A stretch of DNA of 64,000 nt, from the IMG/VR virus record IMGVR_UViG_3300022921_000005; one strand, written 5' to 3'. Positions 47,173 through 57,444 of the stretch are shown here, one piece after another. The notes below the pieces were generated by a model that was not told where the DNA came from, made no database searches, and was given only the letters and a program-made list of their open reading frames with translations. Source of the DNA: an uncultured virus (IMG/VR IMGVR_UViG_3300022921_000005) (lineage: Duplodnaviria; Heunggongvirae; Uroviricota; Caudoviricetes). Both the position numbers and the translations under genes were made by a program. Within the stretch, counting starts at the first letter, position 1, and each line of letters begins with the position of its first letter.

Positions 47173-47688
47173 CTAGGCGACATTTAATTTTCCTTTTTTC
47201 AGTTTACGATTCATTATCTTACGTTTTCGTTTTGCATTGTCCAGATGTATCTTGTTTGCAACATCAGTGAAGACAACACCGTTAAGATGATCAAGTTCAT
47301 GCAGAAAGGCACGAGCAGTCATGCCGACAAGTTTCTTTGTCTCAGTCTCACCCAGTTCATTCTCATACCGAACTCTAACACCCTGTGGTCTCTTTATTTT
47401 AACAAATAACATAGGAAAAGACAAGCATCCTTCTTCTAAAAGAATTTCATCTCTTGATTCGTCAACAATTCTTGGATTGAAACAGACCATGCAAGGATCG
47501 CCGTACAGTATGAATGCACGAGCGCGAATGCCTATTTGATTTGCAGAGACACCAAGGGCTTTGGTGTCTTCGATTACTTCGAACAACTGCTTTGCTAGAC
47601 CAATCGGATCAGCGCCCTCAGCACCAAAATCATATCTAGGCATCTCTTCTCTGAGGATTGGATCATCCTCTGGGACTAGTTTATACAT
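47173..47688 (-). CDS. def: peptide deformylase
   Basis: GVSANQIG, EGCLS, HELDHLNG. Confidence 0.95.
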   Translation of the reverse strand: MYKLVPEDDPILREEMPRYDFGAEGADPIGLAKQLFEVIEDTKALGVSANQIGIRARAFILYGDPCMVCFNPRIVDESRDEILLEEGCLSFPMLFVKIKRPQGVRVRYENELGETETKKLVGMTARAFLHELDHLNGVVFTDVANKIHLDNAKRKRKIMNRKLKKGKLNVA

Positions 47689-48054
47689 TTATATTTCCTC
47701 ATCAATAACATCGACAATCGGTTTCTTATTCGTGCCGTAGTATTTAGCACCCTTACAGCGGTATGCAATCTTGCCGACACGGATTTCTTTGATACTGCCA
47801 CACGAGTAGAGACCAACTTCAGTGTCACGAGGAATTTTTTCGTCATTAATTAAAATGTTGGCCAGCAGATCGAAACGAATCAATTTGTTGCTAGTCAATA
47901 CTTCTTCAAGAGTCACGGTATCAACATAAGATACTTGACGTTCCCAGACTTGAATTTGCTCACCCATGTTATCGACAAACACATTCGCCAGATCAAAGCC
48001 AGCAACCAGTCGCTGTCCGAGAATGCCCGTAGTTGCCTGTGCTTTATAGCCCAT
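47689..48054 (-). CDS. hypothetical protein
   Basis: ORF track. Confidence 0.5.
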   Translation of the reverse strand: MGYKAQATTGILGQRLVAGFDLANVFVDNMGEQIQVWERQVSYVDTVTLEEVLTSNKLIRFDLLANILINDEKIPRDTEVGLYSCGSIKEIRVGKIAYRCKGAKYYGTNKKPIVDVIDEEI

Positions 48055-48556
48055 ATCCGTACTCCTTCATAAGATCACTGTATTCGTTTGCTTCGAGCAT
48101 ATCGATAACATCGTCAGAACTCATGTACTTGAGGCACATCAGTGCGATGTCTTCGAATGAGACATAGCCTTCGTCTGCCATCTCCATGGCAAAACAACGA
48201 CCGTCAAACTTGATTAACTTTCCCATTATATACTCCTGTCAAGTTCTGAAACACTGTCGATTAGTTGACGGGCGTATGACTCACTAATGCCATAATCCCT
48301 CACCAGTATCTCAATTGATTTACTAATAGAATAGCCATTGTCGATCAACTCACACGCGGCGAAATAAAGACGACCAGATGCGCTCATTATGCTACCTCCC
48401 GTACCTTACAGTATTCTTCCGTCAGACGGACGATTTCAAGAGTGGCAACACCACTAGGGTTAGAAGATGACGGAACACCCGTCACCACAACTGACTCGCC
48501 AACGGCGAGACCAGCGGCGTAGAAATTTTGGGTAACACAGTCATAAGATAAAGTCA

Positions 48557-48832
48557 TTACAGAACTCCTGCTTCGCGCATTTCATTTTCAATAGAGGCGT
48601 GTTTCTTTGCGTTCTGGTACAGACCCCAGATAAGCATACGCCCTTTTCGTGACAACGGGAACGTTGAACCAGCACGGTTCAGTCGATAGTAGTTATCCTC
48701 ACAGCAACATTCACGGAGACGGATAACTTCCTCGACAGCATATTGCTTAGTCATGCCAACACTTTTCAGTGAAAAGTCACGAGTAAGAAAACCAATAGCA
48801 ATTTTTTCAAAACGTTCAAAAATCATAATCAC
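48557..48832 (-). CDS. early hypothetical protein
   Basis: First gene after early promoter; GAGG RBS. Confidence 0.55.
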   Translation of the reverse strand: MIMIFERFEKIAIGFLTRDFSLKSVGMTKQYAVEEVIRLRECCCEDNYYRLNRAGSTFPLSRKGRMLIWGLYQNAKKHASIENEMREAGVL

Positions 48833-48855
48833 CTCTCAACTCAATCAACAAAACA

Positions 48856-48903
48856 ATTATCTCACAACCAGCCATCGATGTCTATGAAATATTCACACTT
48901 TCT
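48856..48903 (-). promoter_or_regulatory. early promoter (conserved family)
   Basis: TAGACA-17-GATAAT plus box shared with 26396-26411. Confidence 0.7.
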
Positions 48904-48920
48904 TAGACTTTTTTGTTATA

Positions 48921-49151
48921 TCAATAATCTAACTCATAACCTTTTTCAAACGCGGTGATGAAAACCTGGCCAGTCGCTAGGAAATGTTCGTCATCTAGGT
49001 AACGGATTTCGAAGACAAATTGGTCATCTTGAATCCCTAGGAATTCAGAGGACACGTATTCATCATAGTAACCAGTGTCGCGGGCAACTCGCTCTAAATC
49101 TGCAACAGTGAAGTCCATCACTTCACGGATTTGCTTCGCATCAATCATCAT
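48921..49151 (-). CDS. early hypothetical protein
   Basis: ORF track; AGGAG RBS. Confidence 0.55.
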   Translation of the reverse strand: MMIDAKQIREVMDFTVADLERVARDTGYYDEYVSSEFLGIQDDQFVFEIRYLDDEHFLATGQVFITAFEKGYELDY

Positions 49152-49320
49152 GCTACTCCTAGAATTATACCGATACGCTTTTCTTTGTTGACATTCACGG
49201 TGACTGAATCACCGACTCGGCGAGTCTCGCCTTTCACATCAAGGTACTTCAGAGTCTCCACGACTCGCTTTCCGTACTTACGGAACTCAACTTGATAATC
49301 ATTCCAAACATATTCTAACA

Positions 49321-49671
49321 TTAATCTTCCTCTTTTTTAAAACCAAATGGAGAGACGGCGAAGCAAGTCTTGCCAAGCACTAGTCGATCACCAACTGAGG
49401 TGGATCGAAGACCCATGACTTGACCAGTTCGCTTACTGATCGGCAGATCAGCCATCACAGTAACATCTTCGGAGAAGTCACCGTTGGCGACCATCTCGCC
49501 ATCGAACTCGAACTCTGCTTCACGAGACCAAGAACCGCGAAGGTTCTGAGTGCGCTCATAAGCATACTCAAGGGCATCATCAACAGACAGTGAATCAGGC
49601 GCATCGACAAAAGCAACCAAACGACTGGACTCTTCGAACGCACGGTGGATAACAGCAACTTTCATAAACAT
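49321..49671 (-). CDS. early hypothetical protein
   Basis: TQN..GSWS...GLRSTSVGD motif. Confidence 0.6.
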   Translation of the reverse strand: MFMKVAVIHRAFEESSRLVAFVDAPDSLSVDDALEYAYERTQNLRGSWSREAEFEFDGEMVANGDFSEDVTVMADLPISKRTGQVMGLRSTSVGDRLVLGKTCFAVSPFGFKKEED

Positions 49672-49696
49672 CTCTCTCTCATCAAATTACAGAGTA

Positions 49697-49778
49697 ATTA
49701 TCTCATGGGTAGCCGAAAAATGCAAGCGCCAAGTCATTGATTTCCAACGACTTTTTTGACGCTTGTAAGTGATTGATT
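49697..49778 (-). promoter_or_regulatory. early promoter with two upstream IHF-consensus boxes
   Basis: TTGCAT-17-GATAAT; WATCAANNNNTTR at 49730-49742 and 49766-49778. Confidence 0.65.
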
Positions 49779-49845
49779 TTATTAGAGTTTTTTTAGAAGA
49801 AAATTGAAGTTTTTTTAGAATATTTTGTTATAAGGAGAGATGTTC

Positions 49846-50517
49846 TTAGAACCTACAGTTCATTAGATCATTGAAGGTACTGTGCCATATTTCAGAGTAC
49901 TGGCAAGATTGAGTCTCTGGATAGCACGGTGCACCATTAGTGTAGTGTAGCATCTTTGGCTTTTCATCTGTCTGATTTTCGTTCTCTACCAGATAATTCC
50001 AGGACAACGGAATGTCACCTATCAAGTCACTTTGTGTCCACTTGAACTGGTGCAAGTCTAGACCAGGAGCAGTGTTCACATAGTCGAGTGTCAGACTCTT
50101 ACACTTGGGATTGTTGAATAGCATCAGACTCGACCAGTTCTTATAGTTGTATGCCGTTTGTTTTCTCCCACGAAATTTTTTATCGCTCTTGACTACCTGA
50201 TTATGCTTCACGCACATCACAGCATATTGATCATCACACAATTCAAACAGCGCCGCAGGATCTTCTTGGAAGATTACATCATTGTCCACAAATAGAGTCC
50301 AGCCTTCATAGTCATACAAGTAAGGCACAAGAAATCTTGAGTTACTAAACTGTGTGCTATCGAATTCACCACGAGGACGTTTCCATATTTCTTGCATGTT
50401 CATTTGATTCAGCAAGTGAAACTTGATGGGCTTTGAACTTTTTTCTAGAAGACTATGCATCGCCGTATGCGCTAGAACTGGCACAGTTGTGTCATATCCT
50501 ATTACGATATTAAGCAT
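49846..50517 (-). CDS. glycosyltransferase (GT8-like)
   Basis: IGYD, ST.FS.SRFL.P, FVDND, KNWSS.MLFN, WN.L, HYT.G.P. Confidence 0.8.
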   Translation of the reverse strand: MLNIVIGYDTTVPVLAHTAMHSLLEKSSKPIKFHLLNQMNMQEIWKRPRGEFDSTQFSNSRFLVPYLYDYEGWTLFVDNDVIFQEDPAALFELCDDQYAVMCVKHNQVVKSDKKFRGRKQTAYNYKNWSSLMLFNNPKCKSLTLDYVNTAPGLDLHQFKWTQSDLIGDIPLSWNYLVENENQTDEKPKMLHYTNGAPCYPETQSCQYSEIWHSTFNDLMNCRF

Positions 50518-51239
50518 TAGAATTTTCCAAATTTTGTTTTAGATATTTTTTCTTTTGACAAGTCAGAAATAATTTCCCATTTGAGAAGACCAGCATCGAT
50601 CCAATTCTGTACATAGCCAATTTCTTTATCGTGATAATGCGGATGTATCTGCATAGCCATCAACGGCATATGCCACGATTTAGGAAGCATAAGATGATAT
50701 CTTGGATCTGGATTAGGATTTTTCGTATACTTAACAAAAAAGTCAAATCCATAAATTGTAAGACTCTTATACGTTTCAACTTCTTCAACAAGATATTTTA
50801 TTGCATTCAGTCCCATTGATGGCCTAACAGAATCCCATTCGCCAGAAACAGAGCCAAAACTTTTCATCCAGTTCTTGTTTTCTTCATGTGTGAACATATC
50901 ATAAGCAATACCTGATTCTTTGATATTGTCAGGCATTTCTTCTTCACGATCAAAGTTTCTTTTACTTCTAGAATATAAAATCAGACTTGTTGTTTTGAAA
51001 GCATTTCGTTGTTTATCACCATAAATCTTAGACCTGAGATCACCAGTAAACCACACATCTGTTCTACTGCCAATCGCAGGCTTAAATTCATCATCAATTA
51101 AGATACCTTTACCACAACGGCAAACCAGATCGAACGATTCGATCCAGTCGCCTTTTTCTTGTGTCATTACTTCTACCGAATTGCCAAGCAATACGACATC
51201 TTTGTCCGCGAAGTACTCACGGATCAAGTCATTTTTCAT
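50517..51239 (-). CDS. GT29 sialyltransferase-like protein
   Basis: Sialylmotif-like L (LGN...G..I...D.V.R...GSRT), S (PSMG...YGFDF) and VS (HxxxxE). Confidence 0.65.
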   Translation of the reverse strand: MKNDLIREYFADKDVVLLGNSVEVMTQEKGDWIESFDLVCRCGKGILIDDEFKPAIGSRTDVWFTGDLRSKIYGDKQRNAFKTTSLILYSRSKRNFDREEEMPDNIKESGIAYDMFTHEENKNWMKSFGSVSGEWDSVRPSMGLNAIKYLVEEVETYKSLTIYGFDFFVKYTKNPNPDPRYHLMLPKSWHMPLMAMQIHPHYHDKEIGYVQNWIDAGLLKWEIISDLSKEKISKTKFGKF

Positions 51240-51242
51240 AGA

Positions 51243-51554
51243 TTAATCTACGACAGTTGGTTTAAAAGGCTTGACGACATCGTTGCCATCGATACCCATT
51301 TGGCGCCAGATGTTCTTGATTTTTGAATTGGCTTCACAGAATGTAAGAATGTTATTGAGACTGAAGTAACAGTATTCTGGATACTCTTCAGCAGTTGCAC
51401 TTACACTCGTTGCCAAGATAGGACCATTTTCAGTGTTAACGAATAGTCTTGGATTGTACATCTTGATGATGCCGTCTTCGATTGATTCGACTCTTCCAAT
51501 CATATCGCCACTGAATGTTACCATTGAGACCACTTTACCTACATACTCTTGCAT
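51243..51554 (-). CDS. Sm-like-fold hypothetical protein (resembles 46742-47020)
   Basis: Similar G..IGR....PR pattern. Confidence 0.45.
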   Translation of the reverse strand: MQEYVGKVVSMVTFSGDMIGRVESIEDGIIKMYNPRLFVNTENGPILATSVSATAEEYPEYCYFSLNNILTFCEANSKIKNIWRQMGIDGNDVVKPFKPTVVD

Positions 51555-51566
51555 AATTTACTCCAA

Positions 51567-52424
51567 TTACCAGTTAATTCCTTTCGGTGTATATTGACGA
51601 ATTTTCGCTTTGATATCATTCGACAATTCTGCTTGACTCAAGGCTTTTTTGCCTCTACGCTTTATATATGTGTAGTTGGCCTTCTTAATGTATTGACCAC
51701 CTTTATCACTCTTGACTAGTTCAGCATCTATCCTGAATGCATTGAATGCGAAAACAATTTCACCGTCCATGTATCTCTGAAGACCTTTGCCCATATTGAT
51801 GATATCGCCCATCGTCTGTGATACTCCGCGGTGTGTGTTCACCAGAATCTCTTCTGGAACAGTTCTGTCGCGCTCTTTGTTTTGTTTCTTGGCGATTTCA
51901 ATATCATTTACAACCCACACGATATGGATATCTTTGGCATCATAGCCTATTGCTTGAACAGACCTTGACAAGTTTTCTAGTTTACGTAAGTCTTTCAGAG
52001 TAACGTCAAAGATAATGTTAGGCTTACGATCGGCTGGCGCTCGAAGTACCGTTTTATACAATGTCTTTGTACGTCTATCACTGATACCAAGTCCATCAAT
52101 AATTTCATGGAGTCTTGATACGTTTTCTGGTTTCTTTAGATCAGCCGCTAGTTTTGTGAGGTCATCACCGAACTCTTTCTTCACGCGATCTTGTAGCAGT
52201 TTAGATTTTGAAGCCAGTGTTTTAAGAGCATCAACATCAAATACATATCCTTCTGCACCAACAAGATTGCTAAGAACAAATCCTTTACCCGATCCAGCTC
52301 CGCCCGCCATGATAATGACGTTGTTGAATTTGGGATACGCTTTACCTCCGAAGGTGATCAGCGCCTCACACAATTCTTCTATTTGAGTTTTATCGTGAAA
52401 GTCTTGAAATCCTAGCATTTTCAT
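51567..52424 (-). CDS. P-loop kinase (zeta-toxin/AAA_33-like), late
   Basis: AGGAGSGKG, IIFDVT, N.ER.R.VP lid; TATAAATA at 52476-52483. Confidence 0.7.
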   Translation of the reverse strand: MKMLGFQDFHDKTQIEELCEALITFGGKAYPKFNNVIIMAGGAGSGKGFVLSNLVGAEGYVFDVDALKTLASKSKLLQDRVKKEFGDDLTKLAADLKKPENVSRLHEIIDGLGISDRRTKTLYKTVLRAPADRKPNIIFDVTLKDLRKLENLSRSVQAIGYDAKDIHIVWVVNDIEIAKKQNKERDRTVPEEILVNTHRGVSQTMGDIINMGKGLQRYMDGEIVFAFNAFRIDAELVKSDKGGQYIKKANYTYIKRRGKKALSQAELSNDIKAKIRQYTPKGINW

Positions 52425-52428
52425 TATC

Positions 52429-53370
52429 CTATGAAACTGGTCCAGTATAATTATCGATGAGCTTTAGCCCATAGTTATTTATACCTTTCTTCACTGTAAC
52501 ACCAGATTTAAACTTTAATTCATTTGCTTTAAATGGATCATAGTTGACATGGTGATGCCAGCGGCCGTAGCGCCAAACGAGCGTGGCAACGTCTGGATGC
52601 ATGTCTACAAGCATCTGTGACTTCGCAATCGTACCAGAAGTATTGTATCGTTCTCTGGTCTCAACTAAATCTTCTGCTTTGATTGCTTCACCAGTTTCAG
52701 GATCATAACCAATTTCTTTGTGATAAAATTCTTCAGTGTTGCCACCTTTAAGTGTCTGTGTCGCGGCTTTACCTTGCAGAAAAGCATTGAACTGTACTGT
52801 ACAGTCACCGTCTTTCAATACACGCAAACAAATATCAGTATCTTCATTGTAACGTCCACGCCAACGATGCTTGCAGTCATTGCGAATCAACAAGCAAGAA
52901 TAGATTCGAGTGTTCGCTACAAATGGCGGATACTTCTGATTTGGTGCGCAGAAGAAACGATATTGTGGACCAGCAATCATCACATTCTCATATCGATCAA
53001 CAAAGTCTTCCATGATCTTAAAGCATACACCACTGCCGACACGTATACGAACATTCTGGTGAAGTCGATAGAAGTCTTGAATGTTGTCATCGAGTACCCA
53101 GTGGCTTGTTGCGCCGATACTGATAGAGTGATCCCAGCACCAGTTTCTCGCACGACCAGGACCATCACCATGATTACTGAAAGGAGCAATCAGTAAAGTA
53201 ACATAGTCTCGAATGCCGAAGTTATCCAGTGCTTTCTCATAGTTCTCTTCGTCTTGTGGTTCAATCGCGATGTAGTGTGGTACTTTCATGCGCGCCAAAG
53301 ACTTAGAGGTAAACATGCTTTCATGTCTACCTTTAGAAATAATATAAACAGGATACTTAGGATTAGTCAT
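52429..53370 (-). CDS. TET-associated-type (TAGT/GREB1-like) glycosyltransferase
   Basis: YPVYIISKGR, ARNW.W, W.LDDNI, RIYSC.LI, RYNEDTD, GGNT. Confidence 0.7.
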   Translation of the reverse strand: MTNPKYPVYIISKGRHESMFTSKSLARMKVPHYIAIEPQDEENYEKALDNFGIRDYVTLLIAPFSNHGDGPGRARNWCWDHSISIGATSHWVLDDNIQDFYRLHQNVRIRVGSGVCFKIMEDFVDRYENVMIAGPQYRFFCAPNQKYPPFVANTRIYSCLLIRNDCKHRWRGRYNEDTDICLRVLKDGDCTVQFNAFLQGKAATQTLKGGNTEEFYHKEIGYDPETGEAIKAEDLVETRERYNTSGTIAKSQMLVDMHPDVATLVWRYGRWHHHVNYDPFKANELKFKSGVTVKKGINNYGLKLIDNYTGPVS

Positions 53371-54151
53371 CTATTCTGCTCCATATCACAGGCTTGTTAT
53401 TCCACATCTTACACTCGGCTTGTATATATCCCTGTGATTTCATAAATGTATTGAAAATTTTTGACATATTTTTTTGATCAACAATCGAGTGACCGTGTTC
53501 GTACTGTCTAAAGTGACCGATAGACCATGTATTGAACGCATTAGCAATGATAAAGTATTTCGGCGATACTGCATCAATTATTTCTTTCACATGTTCAACT
53601 GGATTGTAAATATGTTCGAAATACTCAGAAGCAAAAACAAAATCTACATCGTGCTTCACATCATGGATAGATTCGATCAAATTGAAATCCATTCTTTCTG
53701 ACATTATTTCACAGAATTTCCACTGCTTTGTATCTTTAAGATTGATAGCATAAGCATTAGCATTGGGAAAGATTTCTTTCAACGTGCAAGTACTATAACT
53801 GATACCACAGCCGATGTCAACAAAAGACTTGGTATCTTTTAGCACTTCATACATCGATCCGCCATAGGGAAGAGATGGCTTCATGAGTCTTCTAATATAC
53901 TGTCTACTATATCCTACAAAGCAATTAAAGATATCAACAAAATAATAATCGTCATCATACACTTTAAATGCTTCGTCTAAGTTTCCAGCATCGAGGTGTT
54001 CGTACCAACGCTCGGTCAGTTCCGTGAACAGCGAGTTATCTTTCCGAATTCTTCTGGCTTTCTCTAGATCAATGTCAAACAGTGAACTATAATCTCTCAA
54101 AAAATATTCATATAATGCAATAGGCTTCTCTGTTAGAAAACTATTCATCAT
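53363..54151 (-). CDS. SAM-dependent methyltransferase
   Basis: VDIGCG; FASEYFEHI. Confidence 0.75.
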   Translation of the reverse strand: MMNSFLTEKPIALYEYFLRDYSSLFDIDLEKARRIRKDNSLFTELTERWYEHLDAGNLDEAFKVYDDDYYFVDIFNCFVGYSRQYIRRLMKPSLPYGGSMYEVLKDTKSFVDIGCGISYSTCTLKEIFPNANAYAINLKDTKQWKFCEIMSERMDFNLIESIHDVKHDVDFVFASEYFEHIYNPVEHVKEIIDAVSPKYFIIANAFNTWSIGHFRQYEHGHSIVDQKNMSKIFNTFMKSQGYIQAECKMWNNKPVIWSRIDD

Positions 54152-54482
54152 CTTCGATCCATCTCAACAAAGAATTTTTAGTGATCTCAAGTTTAGGATA
54201 CCAGATAGATTTAGTTCGATCAGTGATATTCTGCTCTACTAGTTTAGCGAACGCATCATAGTCTTCTTTCGTTCGGAAATGGACACTGATAGTCTTATAC
54301 GTTTTATTTTCTTCTTGATCAAACTCTGGCATATCTTGCCAATGTTTCTCCCAAGAGTTCTTAGGAGTTTCTATTTGAACATCAAAGAAATCTTCAAGAG
54401 TCGCTTGCTCTACTTTTTCTTTCTTGCCAACAAAGTTATCATAAGAACCAGATTCTTTTACATCTGACATAGTACTCTCCAC
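54141..54482 (-). CDS. small protein coupled to the GT/MTase cassette
   Basis: W.DMPEF.Q...VHF...D...FA.LV.Q......KSIWYP motif. Confidence 0.6.
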   Translation of the reverse strand: MESTMSDVKESGSYDNFVGKKEKVEQATLEDFFDVQIETPKNSWEKHWQDMPEFDQEENKTYKTISVHFRTKEDYDAFAKLVEQNITDRTKSIWYPKLEITKNSLLRWIEDDE

Positions 54483-54581
54483 TACAATTATTCATCATAT
54501 GATACCACAACGGCATCTGACTTGTCAACAAAATTTATATAGCCAGCAGGTTCGCGTGAACGATATTCCCAATGATCACCT

Positions 54582-55154
54582 TCATCGCCTAGAAACGGCA
54601 CAGTCTGACCAATCAAGTGGGAGTACCATTTGCTTTGATCCTTGCAAGTCTGTATCAGTAACATCTGTTTCATTTTCCACAATCTCCTGCCATTTTGGAT
54701 TCTTCGCAAAAAACTGTATAGTCAATCCTACTTCTCTACCATGCGCTTCTATCTCCCAAGGATAATCATAGTAGTCAACTGAATTGAGTTTAATTTTCTG
54801 TGAATGCCACTTGTAAGTCATCGTTTTGCAACCGCGAATCAATTGCTTCATCTCGCCTTTGCACCACTGCTTCATGTGAACCAACTCATGCATCATTGTA
54901 CGAAGAAACGTCTCCAAGTCGAGTGTGTTATCGATTCGAATCAGAAATTCAACAGGCGTTCCGCCATCTTCATTCTCCTCGTAATCACAGTCGGCATAGA
55001 TATTTTCCTTCTGTAAGAGATTTTCAATGCCTTGCACCTTGATAGTAATCTCTCTTTTTTGTCTTGATAAAAATTTATCGACACAGAAGTCGATTGCGTC
55101 AAAAGCGATTCGTTTCTGATTCAATGTCAACTGGCTGTGTCGTTTTTTAGTCAT
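54582..55154 (-). CDS. HExxH metallopeptidase-like protein
   Basis: HELVHMKQ...PWEIEA. Confidence 0.7.
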   Translation of the reverse strand: MTKKRHSQLTLNQKRIAFDAIDFCVDKFLSRQKREITIKVQGIENLLQKENIYADCDYEENEDGGTPVEFLIRIDNTLDLETFLRTMMHELVHMKQWCKGEMKQLIRGCKTMTYKWHSQKIKLNSVDYYDYPWEIEAHGREVGLTIQFFAKNPKWQEIVENETDVTDTDLQGSKQMVLPLDWSDCAVSRR

Positions 55155-55178
55155 GTCTTTTCCAAGATGTTCACAAGT

Positions 55179-55724
55179 CTAGATATTATTATACACGTTT
55201 TCTGGCGTAGTTGCAACATATGGATCATAAGGACAGTTGTTCATCATGCCATCTTCGACAAACAGATGCTCAACAAACAGATTATCAATGAGTGCTACGT
55301 ATCGCCATGAACGACCACCGAATCCAAGATTGCGCTTATCGACAAGCATACCCATGCCTTCTGTGAATTCAGCATTGCCATCAGGCAACATCTTAATTTC
55401 TTTCACGCCGAGATGCTGTGACCACTGATACATTACGAATGCATCATTGACTGATACGCACCAGATTTCATCGACACCTTTGTCATAGAACTTCTGCGCC
55501 ATCTCTTCGAAGCCAGGGACCTGACTGTTTGAGCATGTAGGAGTAAATGCTCCTGGCAGACTGATCACAAGAATTTTCTTCCCAGCAAAAAGTTCTTTGG
55601 TCGTTTTGTAATCCCAGCGAAAAGGATTGTCGCCTTCAATACTATCATCACGCACACGCATACGAAACATCGCGTCTGGTAGAATCTGAACATCAGGTTC
55701 AGGCAAATCATCAAAATAAGTCAT
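55179..55724 (-). CDS. peroxiredoxin (Prx5/redoxin)
   Basis: SLPGAFTPTCS, SVNDAFVM, GF.RSWRY. Confidence 0.93.
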   Translation of the reverse strand: MTYFDDLPEPDVQILPDAMFRMRVRDDSIEGDNPFRWDYKTTKELFAGKKILVISLPGAFTPTCSNSQVPGFEEMAQKFYDKGVDEIWCVSVNDAFVMYQWSQHLGVKEIKMLPDGNAEFTEGMGMLVDKRNLGFGGRSWRYVALIDNLFVEHLFVEDGMMNNCPYDPYVATTPENVYNNI

Positions 55725-55747
55725 TCTATACTCCTTGTTGTTTAGAT

Positions 55748-55824
55748 TGGCCTCCCGAGTAGGACTCGAACCTACAACCTACAGCTTAGAAGGCTGTTGC
55801 ACTATCCGATTGTGCTATCGGGAG
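55748..55824 (-). tRNA. tRNA-Arg(TCT)
   Basis: Full cloverleaf, loop CT-TCT-AA, encoded CCA. Confidence 0.95.
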
Positions 55825-56013
55825 ATGTTCGGTGAGAATTAAACTCTCTTTTCCAAGATCGCGATCTCAGCATCTTTACGTGCCTGCCAAGCATCCTGCG
55901 TTCGATCATTCTTCTCAAAGAACTTTGAGTTCTTCAAATTCTGTAGCGCAACTGCTCGCCGTGCAGTCTCGTTGTTTTTACGCCATGCTCTAGCCATACT
56001 ATATCTCCTTAAT

Positions 56014-56089
<76 letters not shown>

Positions 56090-56208
56090 TTTACTCTTCT
56101 ACACTCTTACCGTTAACATAAATGGTACTATCAAACATTGTATATTGATTTTTGTTCGTTGTCAACTTATATCCATTAAAGCTAACAACTTTCTCGTTTG
56201 TCTCTCGC

Positions 56209-57273
56209 TCAATCGCTGTCTTCAGATCGCCAAGGCAGTTGTATCTTTTTTTCAATATATTCTTCGATTGTTTCATCAGCATCTACTCTGTAGTCTTCAA
56301 AAAAGTTACCGTACAATGGATCAACATAGTAATCCGTCTCGATAGGCCAATCAGTATAATTTTTGTTCAAAAAATCTTTCTTGTAATTATAACTGATATT
56401 GTCTCTCATTGCAATGGACGGTAGTCTAGAAGACATAATTTTTTCATCTTCTTCATTCCATCTAAGTGTCGATAGCAATTTTTTATTTCTGCGAATACAA
56501 TCATTAGTGTGCCAGTCGAAGCCGCAATCGAAGTTGAAATCGTAATCTCTAGGATCACCACTCTGAAAATGCCTAGGTCGCCTCTTCTTTTCTGAGTGTG
56601 AGAAAGTCTTTATGTGCATGTAAAAATCTCTCGAACGTATCGAGTATCCTGTCATGTTTTCAGATAGAGCCTCGTACTTCAATCTGAGATTTCTATGTAC
56701 GTCTTCTAGCGTATATACTTCCTCGACATACTTATGCTCGGCAGACTTTTTTGTTTCGATTGCAATTCGATCAACATCATATATGTATTTCAAGTATCTG
56801 TGGCTCTGTGAAATCTTATCCAGTTTATCGAAGTCTAGAAACGACTCATATAGACTCTTGTACCACTCTTTAGTCCACCACAACTCGGCCGCTTGATCTT
56901 TATACGAGTACAAGAAATCTGTATACTCGTAATGGTAAAAATCTGCTGGATGACGCTCGATGATTTTTGACATTTTTTCATAACTGCCTGTCCACAGAAA
57001 GTCATCGCCATCAACAGGTATCAGATGTGTGTAGTCAGAGTTAAGAAAATATTCCAATACAAAATTCTTACCTCGTCCTGGGGAACCTCTCAACCGTGAG
57101 TCTGATACAACTACCTTGTAATACTTCGAGTAAGTATCAACTACCCACTGCTTATAATTCTCATCCCATGTGTCAACAAAGATTGTAAGTTCTGGGATAT
57201 ATCCCATCTGCTTCATTGATATCTGAAGACTCTCTGGATGCTCTGAAGTTAAGATAGCGGGCAGTATTTTCAT
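56209..57273 (-). CDS. GT-A fold glycosyltransferase-like protein
   Basis: G.GKN.VL..F....Y.HL..VDGDDFL. Confidence 0.6.
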   Translation of the reverse strand: MKILPAILTSEHPESLQISMKQMGYIPELTIFVDTWDENYKQWVVDTYSKYYKVVVSDSRLRGSPGRGKNFVLEYFLNSDYTHLIPVDGDDFLWTGSYEKMSKIIERHPADFYHYEYTDFLYSYKDQAAELWWTKEWYKSLYESFLDFDKLDKISQSHRYLKYIYDVDRIAIETKKSAEHKYVEEVYTLEDVHRNLRLKYEALSENMTGYSIRSRDFYMHIKTFSHSEKKRRPRHFQSGDPRDYDFNFDCGFDWHTNDCIRRNKKLLSTLRWNEEDEKIMSSRLPSIAMRDNISYNYKKDFLNKNYTDWPIETDYYVDPLYGNFFEDYRVDADETIEEYIEKKIQLPWRSEDSD

Positions 57274-57444
57274 TTGCCGAATAGTTCTACTATATCAGGT
57301 CCAAACGTAGCAATACCGCCACCGAATCCAATGAATGCTACTAGTGAGATTATTAATAGTTTTGTACTGAAATCTTCTGTCTGTAGTTTAACACCAAACA
57401 ATTCATTGCCCAGTACTCTAACGCTCATTTCAAATGTTGATTTA

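Noticed and set aside
25654..49834. CRISPR array or insertion-sequence ends from repeated 16-21-mers
   Set aside because: Repeats are dispersed, coincide with promoters, and have no regular spacers or transposase
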